Origin: a virus
Direction: 5' to 3' (one strand)
Virus record (IMG/VR): IMGVR_UViG_3300030441_000216
DNA length: 64,000 nucleotides
Part shown: positions 35,163-43,875 of the stretch, one piece after another
Position numbering within the stretch: position 1 is the first letter of the stretch
Layout: each line of letters opens with the position of its first letter
Notes under the pieces: model-generated
What the model was told of the DNA's origin: nothing
The model's input: only the letters and a program-made list of their open reading frames with translations
Databases searched by the model: none
Made by a program: the position numbers and the translations under genes

Positions 35163-37220
35163 ATGGATGGATTTATGATGTTTAAGAAGGCTTTACAGAA
35201 GCACTTCGATGAAATGCAGAAAGAGGCAACACATTTATTTGAGGTAAATGTAGATAAGGATGAATTATGGAATACATATCTTGATAGCTTCCCTGCTGGT
35301 ACAAATGAGATTTTCAGAGAGCGTAGAGAGCATGATTGTAGTTGTTGTAGACAGTTTATTAAGAATATTGGTTCTGCTGTCACTATCAAGGATAACCAGA
35401 TTCATACGATTTGGGAACTGAATCTTGGTGATACAACATATCAGCCAGTATGTGATGCACTTGATACTTTTGTAAAAGCTCATACAGTTACAGATATTTA
35501 TACAACTAAGTTCCCCAAAATTGGTACAGATTTTAACTTTGAGGAAATCAATGAAAAATCTCATCAGTGGGATCATTTCTTCTTAGAGCTTCCAAACAAG
35601 TTCGTAAATAGAAGTAGTCGTTCTAACGAGGAAGTTAAAGGACAGTTCAGAGATACAAGAAATGTATTTAAGCGTTCTCTCGATGAGATTACTATGGAAG
35701 CACTTGATACAATTCTTGAACTTATCAATTCAAATACGCTTTACAAGGGCGAAGAGTGGAAAGGTGTACTCGCAGAGTTCAAGAAGTATAAGAAGGAATA
35801 CGATAAGCTGACTTCTGATACTGAAAAGGATTTATATGCTTGGGAGAAGTCGGTAACAGCAGGTATGGCTATTGGTAGAATTAGAAATCATTCTATTGGA
35901 ACACTTCTTATTAATGTAAGTGAGGATATGGATCTTGACACAGCAGTTAAGAAGTATGAGCAGATTACAGCACCGAGCAACTATAAAAGACCAAAGGCTA
36001 TTTTTACAAAGAAGATGCTTGAGGATGCAAAGAAGACCATTACAGAACTTGGATATATGGATTCATTACAGAGAAGATTTGCTAATCTGAATGATATTAC
36101 TGTAAATAATGTACTGTTCTCAAATAAGAGTGCTGCAAGAAGAATGGTTGGCGCAGATGATATTTTTGGTCAGATGGAAAAAGATGTTGCTGTAAGTCCT
36201 AAGAAGTTTTCTAAGGTTGAGGAGATTTCAGCACAGGATTTCATTGATAAGGTACTTCCAACTGCAAAGGAGATTGAAGCTTTTGTAGAGAATAAGCATG
36301 AGAAGAACTTTGTTTCTATGATTGCACCTGTTAATCCAGACGCTAAGACAATGTTCAAATGGAATAATGGATTATCTTGGGCTTATTCAGGAAACATTAC
36401 TGACTCTGATATGAAGCAGAATGTAAAAGCTGCTGGCGGTAATGTTGACGGTGTACTCAGATTTTCTATTCAGTGGAATGAAGATGGTCATGATAATTAC
36501 GACCTTGATGCCCATTGTGTTGAGCCAAATGGAACAGAAATTTATTATGGTAGTTACAAAGCACCAAGAATTACTTCTATGGGCGGTCAGTTAGATGTTG
36601 ATGTTATTGATCCACGTGGAAAAGTTGCAGTAGAGAATATTACATGGCAGGATTTATCAAAAATGAAACCAGGAACATATAGATTCTTTGTACATCAGTA
36701 TTCAGGCGCAGTAAGGCATGGATTCAGAGCGGAAGTTGAGTTTAATGGAGAGATTTATTCATTTGATTATAGCAATCCTATGAGAACTGGTGAAAATGTT
36801 CAGGTGGCAGAAGTTACACTTGACGAGAATGGAAACTTCTCAATTAAGGAAAAACTGTCTGGAAGTTCATCTATTTCAAGTCGTGAGATTTGGGGTGTAA
36901 ATACTAATCAGTTTGTTCCTGTATCAGTAATCAGCTATAGTCCAAACTATTTTGATGAGCAGGATGGAATTGGTCATAGACATTTATTCTTCTTCTTGAA
37001 GGATTGTGTGAATAACGAAAGTCCTAATGGATACTACAATGAATTCTTAAAGAGTGATCTTGAAAAGCATAAGAGAGTATTTGAGGCTTTAGGTGCTAAG
37101 TGTCATGTAGAAGATACTGATGATCAGCTTTCAGGAATTGGATTCTCTATGACAAAGAGAGCAGATTTAGTTGTTAAGGTTAAGGGTGCAACAGAGCGTG
37201 TAATGAAGATTAAGTTTTAA
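35163..37220 (+). CDS. large hypothetical protein (685 aa)
   Basis: SD AAGAAGAGGTACAAAAC-ATG. Long uninterrupted ORF with composition that looks less AT-rich by eye (not computed). No motif recognised. Confidence 0.8.
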   Translation: MDGFMMFKKALQKHFDEMQKEATHLFEVNVDKDELWNTYLDSFPAGTNEIFRERREHDCSCCRQFIKNIGSAVTIKDNQIHTIWELNLGDTTYQPVCDALDTFVKAHTVTDIYTTKFPKIGTDFNFEEINEKSHQWDHFFLELPNKFVNRSSRSNEEVKGQFRDTRNVFKRSLDEITMEALDTILELINSNTLYKGEEWKGVLAEFKKYKKEYDKLTSDTEKDLYAWEKSVTAGMAIGRIRNHSIGTLLINVSEDMDLDTAVKKYEQITAPSNYKRPKAIFTKKMLEDAKKTITELGYMDSLQRRFANLNDITVNNVLFSNKSAARRMVGADDIFGQMEKDVAVSPKKFSKVEEISAQDFIDKVLPTAKEIEAFVENKHEKNFVSMIAPVNPDAKTMFKWNNGLSWAYSGNITDSDMKQNVKAAGGNVDGVLRFSIQWNEDGHDNYDLDAHCVEPNGTEIYYGSYKAPRITSMGGQLDVDVIDPRGKVAVENITWQDLSKMKPGTYRFFVHQYSGAVRHGFRAEVEFNGEIYSFDYSNPMRTGENVQVAEVTLDENGNFSIKEKLSGSSSISSREIWGVNTNQFVPVSVISYSPNYFDEQDGIGHRHLFFFLKDCVNNESPNGYYNEFLKSDLEKHKRVFEALGAKCHVEDTDDQLSGIGFSMTKRADLVVKVKGATERVMKIKF

Positions 37221-37238
37221 TTAGAAAAGGAGATTATT

Positions 37239-37628
37239 ATGACAAACAACGAATTATTTATTAATGCAACAAGAGCTAACTATCAGTTCCCATTCAGAGG
37301 AATGATTAACGTAATTGATTTGTGGGATTTATCTCTCGCAAATCTGGACTCAGTATTTAAGACACTCAATGCGGAAGTAAAGAAGTCTGAGGAAGAGAGC
37401 CTTCTGAATACTAAGTCAAAGGAAGACGAGGAGATTTCTAACAAGATTGAAATTGTTAAGTATATTGTTAGCGTGAAGTTGGATGAGAAAAAGAAGAGAG
37501 AAGACGCTAAGAAAAATGCTGAGATGAGACAGAGATTGCTTGAAATCAAAGCAAAGAGACAGGATGCAAAACTTGAAAATATGTCTGATGAGGATCTGGA
37601 TAAGGCACTTGCAGAGTTAGGCGAGTAG
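37239..37628 (+). CDS. coiled-coil, Lys/Glu-rich hypothetical protein
   Basis: SD AAAAGGAGATTATT-ATG. Confidence 0.6.
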   Translation: MTNNELFINATRANYQFPFRGMINVIDLWDLSLANLDSVFKTLNAEVKKSEEESLLNTKSKEDEEISNKIEIVKYIVSVKLDEKKKREDAKKNAEMRQRLLEIKAKRQDAKLENMSDEDLDKALAELGE

Positions 37629-37639
37629 TTGTTACAATA

Positions 37640-37685
37640 TACCATATATAGTATTAAAAACAAGCAATATATACTATATATGGTA
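37640..37685. promoter_or_regulatory. paired palindromic boxes TACCATATATAGTA-18 nt-TACTATATATGGTA
   Basis: The two 14-mers are exact reverse complements. They lie between gene 37239 and gene 37742. Confidence 0.55.
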
Positions 37686-37741
37686 TATATTTTACATTGG
37701 AATGAAACGCACATTTCTTGCGGAATTTTTGGAGGTAAAAT

Positions 37742-37978
37742 ATGAAATCATATGATAGAATTTGTAGAATTGATATAGATGATATTATAAAAGAATCTCA
37801 AGGTGAAGACATTGAATATATTAGAGATGGAGATAGAAGTGCTGATGATCTTGATGTTATATGTGACTTTATGAAAAAAGGATACTTACATGAAATAAGG
37901 TGCGAAAAAGGATTTTATCATACAGAAAGAATAGTGATAAAATTTAGTAAAATTAAAAATCAAGAGGAAAGATTATGA
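37742..37978 (+). CDS. hypothetical small protein
   Basis: SD TTTTTGGAGGTAAAAT-ATG. Confidence 0.5.
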   Translation: MKSYDRICRIDIDDIIKESQGEDIEYIRDGDRSADDLDVICDFMKKGYLHEIRCEKGFYHTERIVIKFSKIKNQEERL

Positions 37979-38038
37979 CATCGCATTGAAGAAAGATGAG
38001 CTGTTGTTTTTAGATATGATTACGAATGGAGGATAACT

Positions 38039-38197
38039 ATGAAATCTACAATAAGATTTTTAATATGGCTTATGACATTAAACTTATTAATGAATTTTAT
38101 TTTTCCCGAACCAGTTGAATTATGGAAATTTTTATTAATAGAGACATGTTTGGGATTTTTATCATTTATTATGGTTGATTGGAAAGAAGACAAGTGA
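38039..38197 (+). CDS. small 2-TM membrane protein (52 aa, not in ORF track)
   Basis: SD ATGGAGGATAACT-ATG; sequence MKSTIRFLIWLMTLNLLMNFIF...LGFLSFIMV. Confidence 0.4.
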   Translation: MKSTIRFLIWLMTLNLLMNFIFPEPVELWKFLLIETCLGFLSFIMVDWKEDK

Positions 38198-38206
38198 GGT
38201 GAGATT

Positions 38207-38416
38207 ATGAAAATTATTGTAGATAAAATGCCAGATGAACCAAAAGAATGCATCTTTTCTGAATGTACAAATCAGTTGCGTGGTAATTATGCATGTAATT
38301 TATACCAAGGAAGAGGATGTGAACCTAATAGATGCGATTTTTTAAAGCCAATTACAGATTATCATGCGGTTGAACATATGGGTGATAATATAGCGAGAAT
38401 GATACCAATAGAATGA
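38207..38416 (+). CDS. Cys-rich small protein
   Basis: SD AAGTGAGGTGAGATT-ATG. Confidence 0.5.
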   Translation: MKIIVDKMPDEPKECIFSECTNQLRGNYACNLYQGRGCEPNRCDFLKPITDYHAVEHMGDNIARMIPIE

Positions 38417-38426
38417 GGTGAAATAA

Positions 38427-38870
38427 ATGACGTATAGAGAAGAAAATAAAGACTTATTTACAGTACCAGAAAATTATTATTTAGCACATTGTATTAGTGC
38501 AGATTTTGGAATGGGTAAAGGGATTGTAGTTGAATTCAATAAAAGATTTGATATGAAACGAAAATTACAGACAAAATATCCAGATTATCTTAATCAGTAT
38601 ACTCATAAGAGAATTGGTGGTGACTGTCTATTAGAGGGTAGGGTATTAAATCTTATTACAAAAGAGAGATATTTTCACAAACCAACAATTATCACAATGA
38701 GACTTGCACTTGAAAAGATGAAACAGATTTGTTTAAAAAATAATATCAAAAAGATTGCAATGCCTGTAATTGGTTGTGGTTTAGATAGGTTGAACTGGAA
38801 TGATGTCTCAGAACAGATTAAAGATGTTTTTGCAGATATGGATGTTGAGATTTTAGTGTGTAAGAGGTAA
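38427..38870 (+). CDS. macro-domain protein, TARG1/DarG-like subtype
   Basis: DLFTVPENYYLAHCISADFGMGKGIVVEFNKRF and IAMPVIGCGLDRLNW match the OARD1/TARG1-type macro domain (LAHCIS.D..MG.GIA). Confidence 0.8.
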   Translation: MTYREENKDLFTVPENYYLAHCISADFGMGKGIVVEFNKRFDMKRKLQTKYPDYLNQYTHKRIGGDCLLEGRVLNLITKERYFHKPTIITMRLALEKMKQICLKNNIKKIAMPVIGCGLDRLNWNDVSEQIKDVFADMDVEILVCKR

Positions 38871-38873
38871 ATT

Positions 38874-39647
38874 ATGGCAGTATATGTAACAGGTGATATA
38901 CATGGAAATCCTACACGATTAAGTAAAGATAATTTCTATGAACAGAAAGATTTTTCTGGTAATAGAGATGAGAACACTGTAATTATTTTAGGAGATTTCG
39001 GTCTTGTATGGAACAGAAATGGTGAAAGCAGGCGGGAAAAATATTGGTTGGATTGGTTAAATCAGAAACCATTCACAACAGTATTTATTGATGGAAATCA
39101 TGAGAACCATAAAAGACTTGCAACTTATCCTATAAAAGAATGGTGTGGCGGTAAGGTTCATGAAGTCAGATCCAATGTACTTCATCTAAAGCGTGGTGAG
39201 ATTTTTACTATAGAAGATAAGAAATTCTTTACATTTGGCGGTGCATCAAGTCACGATATTCAGGATGGTATTCTCGATTACAATGATGAAGATTGGAGAG
39301 AAGAAGCCAAGAAACTTGATAAGCAAGGAAAATATATGTATCGTATCAAAGATCTGTCTTGGTGGAAAGAAGAATTACCAACAGTTGAAGAAATGCAGCA
39401 TGGGTTAGAAATACTAAAAGAGAATAATAATGTAGTTGATTATATTATTACTCATAGTCCTTCTACATCAGAGTTATATCTTATGGGTGGTAAAGGATTA
39501 TATGAATCAGATATATTGACTAATTATTTGGAAGAAGTGAAAGCTACAACTGAATACAAAAAACATCTGTTTGGTCATATGCATTTAAATAAGGCAATCA
39601 ATGATAGAGATATTTGTTTGTATGAACAGATTGTTAGGATATTGTAA
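38874..39647 (+). CDS. calcineurin-like metallophosphoesterase (lambda-PPase/ApaH-like)
   Basis: Motifs GDIHG, GDFG..WNRNG, GNHE, ITHSP, FGHMH. Confidence 0.85.
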   Translation: MAVYVTGDIHGNPTRLSKDNFYEQKDFSGNRDENTVIILGDFGLVWNRNGESRREKYWLDWLNQKPFTTVFIDGNHENHKRLATYPIKEWCGGKVHEVRSNVLHLKRGEIFTIEDKKFFTFGGASSHDIQDGILDYNDEDWREEAKKLDKQGKYMYRIKDLSWWKEELPTVEEMQHGLEILKENNNVVDYIITHSPSTSELYLMGGKGLYESDILTNYLEEVKATTEYKKHLFGHMHLNKAINDRDICLYEQIVRIL

Positions 39648-39661
39648 AGTGAGGTGAGAAT

Positions 39662-40051
39662 GTGAAAATAAAAGATAAAATACGAAATAAATTAAGAACT
39701 TGGTTCTTTGAGACTGAATTAAAAGACTTGCAAAAATCTACTATACAGATGCAAATGGCACGAAACCAATATTCAGACGCATATAGATTAGTCAATGATT
39801 GTCATCAATTAATAAATTCAATGATGGATGTCGGAACTGATATTCATTTACATAGCGACCATTCTTGGGCTGTTGTATGTATTAAAGGTCACCCAGAGTA
39901 CGTATCATTTATGCCATTATCATCTGGTGATGCTCGTGATGTAATCAGATTTTTACAACAATTCAAATATTCAGATAGGGTGATTGATTCACCTTTTGGA
40001 TTTAAAAATATGATTAATGACCATATTATGGATAATCCATTTGTAAAGTAG
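39662..40051 (+). CDS. hypothetical protein
   Basis: GTG 39662 follows AAGTGAGGTGAGAAT. Confidence 0.55.
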   Translation: MKIKDKIRNKLRTWFFETELKDLQKSTIQMQMARNQYSDAYRLVNDCHQLINSMMDVGTDIHLHSDHSWAVVCIKGHPEYVSFMPLSSGDARDVIRFLQQFKYSDRVIDSPFGFKNMINDHIMDNPFVK

Positions 40052-40105
40052 AGAATAATCTAATATAGAAGTAATTCTATTCAAAGGTTGGTCAGCCAAA
40101 TTAAG
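40049..40105 (+). repeat. direct repeat copy 1 (AGAATAATC..ATATAGAA..TTCTAT..TCAGCCAAATT)
   Basis: About 50 bp, roughly 75% identical to 40410..40465. Contains the palindrome ATAGAAGTAATTCTAT. Confidence 0.5.
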
Positions 40106-40117
40106 CGAGGTGATAAA

Positions 40118-40420
40118 GTGAAGAAATATTGGAAAACAGGTGAAAAGAATAAATTTGGTAAGGAATGTTATAAATTACATTTTAGTCAATTTTATGAAGA
40201 AGATGATGAAAAAAATGTAGTAGCTGGTTTTGTACAAGATGAGACAGACGAAAACATATTTATATATGTATCAAAAGAACTAAATGTTGAATATGATACA
40301 TTGTTTGCAGACAGTATAGAAGATGCAAAGCATCAAATTGAAGAGATGTTAATAGACCATTGGAATGAAGAGATTGATTATTTAGAAAATCGAATTAAAT
40401 CATTTCAAGGCGAAGAATAA
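40118..40420 (+). CDS. hypothetical protein flanked by direct repeats
   Basis: GTG 40118 follows AAGCGAGGTGATAAA; ORF-track 40088 is a TTG start. Confidence 0.5.
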   Translation: MKKYWKTGEKNKFGKECYKLHFSQFYEEDDEKNVVAGFVQDETDENIFIYVSKELNVEYDTLFADSIEDAKHQIEEMLIDHWNEEIDYLENRIKSFQGEE

Positions 40421-40465
40421 TCATATATAGAAATTTCTATCTTGGCGATTCAGCCAAATTTTCCA
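40410..40465 (+). repeat. direct repeat copy 2
   Basis: GAAGAATAATCATATATAGAAATTTCTATCTTGGCGATTCAGCCAAATT. Confidence 0.5.
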
Positions 40466-40612
40466 AATAAAAGTAACAAGAATTATTTTTTCCTATGGTC
40501 TTTGCAGACGTGCAAATTCTATAGGATTTTACAACAAAATAATTAAGAAGAAAGGATTTAACAGTAAATTCTAGGTAATTATGGTTACGTAACCTCTGTA
40601 AAATAGTGTATT

Positions 40613-41536
40613 TTGACAGAGAATAATGAAAAAAATAATTCTCAAGGGCTACGAGTATTAAGTTTATGTGGTGGCGTTGAAACAGGATTGTATGCGTTAC
40701 AGCAGCTCGGAATATCTATAAGAGAATATCATACATATGAAATTTTGCCAGAAGCCATAGCGGTTTCTCAGTACCATTTTCCGTTTGTGGTACATCATGG
40801 CGATTTATATGAAGCGGATTTTGAACAGTTCAAAGGATTTGATTTACTGTTGGCAGGAACTTGTTGTCAGTCACTTTCAAGAGTACGAATTGAAAGTAAA
40901 GAGGTCAATAATGGTCTTGATGGTAAGTCAAGAATTTTCTTTAAAGCTATTGAGTGTCTTAGGGCAATTCAGCCCAAATATTTCATGTTTGAGAATGTAA
41001 TACCAAGTAGTGACGAAGATCTGAAGACAATGACAGAATGTATTGGTGTAGAACCTATTTTAATTGATTCAGGAAAATTTTCTGCACAGAGTCGTGAAAG
41101 ATATTATTGGACAAACATACCATTAGGTAAATTACCTGATGAATCTCCATTAGTTTTGAAAGATATTATGGAGAATAGTGTAGATGAGAAATATTTCTAT
41201 AAGAAAGATTTTGAAATCTTGGATATGCAAAAGCGTGTATGTGCAGAGTTGAAAGTTAATACAACTGAGATGTGCAAACGTATTTTTAATCCAGATTTCA
41301 AAATGTCTACATTAACTTGCGTGTCAGGTGGATATCAGGAAAAGAAGGTATTAGATAGGGGTAAACCACGAAAACTTACAGAAGTTGAATATGAAAGATT
41401 ACAGGGATTGCCTGATAATTTTACAAAAATTCAGCTTAACAATCGTTGGTTGTCATACTCAAAAAGATGTAGTTTGATGGGTAATGGATGGAATGAACCT
41501 ACTGTTGAATGGATTTTGAGTGGGTTAAGAGAATAA
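40613..41536 (+). CDS. DNA (cytosine-5)-methyltransferase
   Basis: Motif I LSLCGGVETG, motif IV GTCCQSLS (PCQ-like), ENV motif FMFENV, motif X MGNGW. TTG start 40613 with no SD; the TTGACA at the start also looks like a -35 element. Confidence 0.85.
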   Translation: MTENNEKNNSQGLRVLSLCGGVETGLYALQQLGISIREYHTYEILPEAIAVSQYHFPFVVHHGDLYEADFEQFKGFDLLLAGTCCQSLSRVRIESKEVNNGLDGKSRIFFKAIECLRAIQPKYFMFENVIPSSDEDLKTMTECIGVEPILIDSGKFSAQSRERYYWTNIPLGKLPDESPLVLKDIMENSVDEKYFYKKDFEILDMQKRVCAELKVNTTEMCKRIFNPDFKMSTLTCVSGGYQEKKVLDRGKPRKLTEVEYERLQGLPDNFTKIQLNNRWLSYSKRCSLMGNGWNEPTVEWILSGLRE

Positions 41537-41593
41537 AAGAAAGGAGTAAGAGGTTTGGTATACCGAAAACGCAGCGTTTACTCCTGATACATA

Positions 41594-42097
41594 ATGATAA
41601 TAAATAGAATTTGGCAGATGCCAAGTAGTAATACATTTTCAATTAAGCCAATTAAGGAATTGATTGAGAAATATGCAACTGGTAAGATTGTTGATCCGTT
41701 TGCAAATAGTAATAAGCTGGCAACAGTAACAAATGACTTAGATACACAATATGATACTGATTACCATATGGACGCACTGAATTTCTTAAAGATATTCGAT
41801 GATAACTCAGTAGATACAGTGCTATATGATCCACCATACTCGCCACGACAGGTAAGCGAATGTTACAAAAATCTTGGACAGACAGTAAATATGCAGACAA
41901 CACAAGCTTCATATTGGTCTAAACAGAAGGAACAGATAGGAAGAATTGTAAAGAAAGATGGCATTGTAATTACTTGTAGCTGGAATAGTGGTGGCATTGG
42001 TAAGAAGTATGGCTTTGAAATTCAGGAAATTTTACTTGTTCCTCATGGTGGTTGGCACAATGACACGATTGTTGTGGTTGAAAAGAAGATTGAGTAG
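41594..42097 (+). CDS. DNA methyltransferase, N4/N6 DPPY class (small)
   Basis: VLYDPPYSPRQ motif. Start ATG 41594 or 41618. The 5' leader forms the hairpin AGGAGTAA-27 nt-TTACTCCT, which sequesters the SD. Confidence 0.75.
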   Translation: MIINRIWQMPSSNTFSIKPIKELIEKYATGKIVDPFANSNKLATVTNDLDTQYDTDYHMDALNFLKIFDDNSVDTVLYDPPYSPRQVSECYKNLGQTVNMQTTQASYWSKQKEQIGRIVKKDGIVITCSWNSGGIGKKYGFEIQEILLVPHGGWHNDTIVVVEKKIE

Positions 42098-42163
42098 AGA
42101 ATAACAGAATATGAAGTTCGCAGGAAAGCGGAATTTCTTATGGGCGAAAGGAGAGAGAATTAT

Positions 42164-42370
42164 ATGAAATTAGTGCAAAATTATAGAGCTGATGGAAGAA
42201 TACCAACTGATGATGAAATAAATCAGTGTATTGAAATTGCAAATAGAGAGGATTGTATCGTTCATTTGGAATGGGTTTTTCCATATAGCGGAAGATATTC
42301 AGTAGATATTGTCAAAGGAATGGCTTACGAAGCTGTAAAAAATAAGTTGCCAAAATGTTATCCAGTATAA
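42164..42370 (+). CDS. hypothetical small protein
   Basis: ATG 42164 follows GAAAGGAGAGAGAATTAT. Confidence 0.5.
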   Translation: MKLVQNYRADGRIPTDDEINQCIEIANREDCIVHLEWVFPYSGRYSVDIVKGMAYEAVKNKLPKCYPV

Positions 42371-42381
42371 GGGGGATTGTA

Positions 42382-42657
42382 ATGAGTAAAGCTGTTTTAA
42401 TGATGGATATGCCAAATAGTTGTGATAAATGTCCATGTTTTTGTGGTCATTATTCTGATATGTGTTGCATGGCTTTAAATAACCGTACAATTAATTATCC
42501 TTATCCGAAAGATTTTAGACAAAGATGGTGTCCATTAAAAGAATTGCCAGAAGAGACACACAATAATGAGTATATGGACGAATATTGCGATGGTTATGAT
42601 GATGGTTGGAACTCATTAAGAAAGAAAATTTTAGGCGAAGATGAGGAGGATAAATAG
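42382..42657 (+). CDS. Cys-rich hypothetical protein (CDKCPCFCGH...CCM)
   Basis: ATG 42382 follows AAGGGGGATTGTA. Confidence 0.5.
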   Translation: MSKAVLMMDMPNSCDKCPCFCGHYSDMCCMALNNRTINYPYPKDFRQRWCPLKELPEETHNNEYMDEYCDGYDDGWNSLRKKILGEDEEDK

Positions 42658-43161
42658 ATGACAGTTGGTGTAAAAATATGTGAAGCAAAAGATACAATTA
42701 AGAAATACGAAAACCTTGGGTATAGATTTGTTAGTGAAGAAAATGTGGGTGAAGGATATTTAAAACTTAACTTCAGAGATCCAATTGTTCCAGAAGAGAA
42801 TAATACAACAGATATTCAATTTCATGAAGGTGATTATGTAGAAAATAGTGATGGCAAAGTTGGATATATTTCATCCATTTGTCATTGTGATGAGTGCAAG
42901 AGGCGTGGATTCTTTGAACCAACTATTAAATATTCCGATGGAACAACAGATTACATTAGCAATTATTCTGTTAAAACTGTTTCGTCTGATTATAAGCAGA
43001 TTGGAACTCAGAAGTTTTCAACAGAAGATATATTGAAAAATAAAATAGCTGCACTTGAAAAAGAGAATAAAGAATTAACTGAAAAGGTAAATTATTTGAC
43101 TGATAGAAATCATGAATTGCTCAGTCTATGCTGCTTTTATGATATGGAAAGGAACGGATGA
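42658..43161 (+). CDS. hypothetical protein with C-terminal coiled coil
   Basis: SD GAGGAGGATAAATAG-ATG; contains CHCDECKRRG. Confidence 0.6.
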   Translation: MTVGVKICEAKDTIKKYENLGYRFVSEENVGEGYLKLNFRDPIVPEENNTTDIQFHEGDYVENSDGKVGYISSICHCDECKRRGFFEPTIKYSDGTTDYISNYSVKTVSSDYKQIGTQKFSTEDILKNKIAALEKENKELTEKVNYLTDRNHELLSLCCFYDMERNG

Positions 43162-43165
43162 GACA

Positions 43166-43363
43166 ATGGTAGATATTCAATGTAAAGACGGAAAATATAT
43201 TATTGACGCAAGAATTCATAGTGAAGTTGATACAAATGATATTGCAAAAGTGCAGGAAAGATTTACTTCTGATTGTGCTTATGAGTTTGCAGAAGCTATG
43301 AGAGAAGCAGTAAACGTTAGCCATTTGGTAATGAAAGAACAAAGAAAAGAGGTAACAAAATGA
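43166..43363 (+). CDS. hypothetical small protein, start uncertain
   Basis: ORF-track 43112..43363, with ATG 43166 chosen just after the upstream stop. Confidence 0.4.
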   Translation: MVDIQCKDGKYIIDARIHSEVDTNDIAKVQERFTSDCAYEFAEAMREAVNVSHLVMKEQRKEVTK

Positions 43364-43872
43364 GAGAAACATTAATTGTTGTAGATATGCAGAATGATTT
43401 TATTGATGGAACACTTGGTACAAAGGAAGCACAGGCGATTGTATCAAATGTAGCAAAGAAAATTAAGGAGTACAAGGATGCTGGTAAACAGGTAATCTTT
43501 ACAAGAGACACACATCCCGAGAATTATTTAGAGACATATGAAGGTATACATCTTCCTGTTACTCACTGTGTAAAGAATACTGCTGGTTGGCAGATTTTAG
43601 ATAAGTTAGATTTTGATATTGATAATGACATTCTGATTGACAAAATTACTTTTGGATGGACTCATTGGGATGATTTTAGATTTGAAAGCGTTGAGATTTG
43701 CGGATTATGCACCGATATCTGCGTGATTTCAAATGCACTTATTATTAGAGCAAACTATCCTGAGATTGATATTACAGTAGATGCAAGCTGTTGTGCAGGT
43801 GTCACACCTGATACTCACAAGGCTGCATTAGCAACTATGAAGATGTGTCAGATTGAAGTGATTGGAGAGTAG
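43360..43872 (+). CDS. pncA: isochorismatase-family hydrolase, nicotinamidase (PncA)-like
   Basis: LIVVDMQNDFIDG (Asp), K in the KNTAGW region, and the catalytic Cys context CGLCTDICVISNAL. Confidence 0.8.
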   Translation: MRETLIVVDMQNDFIDGTLGTKEAQAIVSNVAKKIKEYKDAGKQVIFTRDTHPENYLETYEGIHLPVTHCVKNTAGWQILDKLDFDIDNDILIDKITFGWTHWDDFRFESVEICGLCTDICVISNALIIRANYPEIDITVDASCCAGVTPDTHKAALATMKMCQIEVIGE

Positions 43873-43875
43873 AAT

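Noticed and set aside
35163-37220. Idea that the 685-aa protein is a T4 Alt-like ADP-ribosyltransferase, because its length is similar and it neighbours ADP-ribose genes
   Set aside because: No R-S-E or H-Y-E catalytic motif is recognisable, and length similarity is not evidence.
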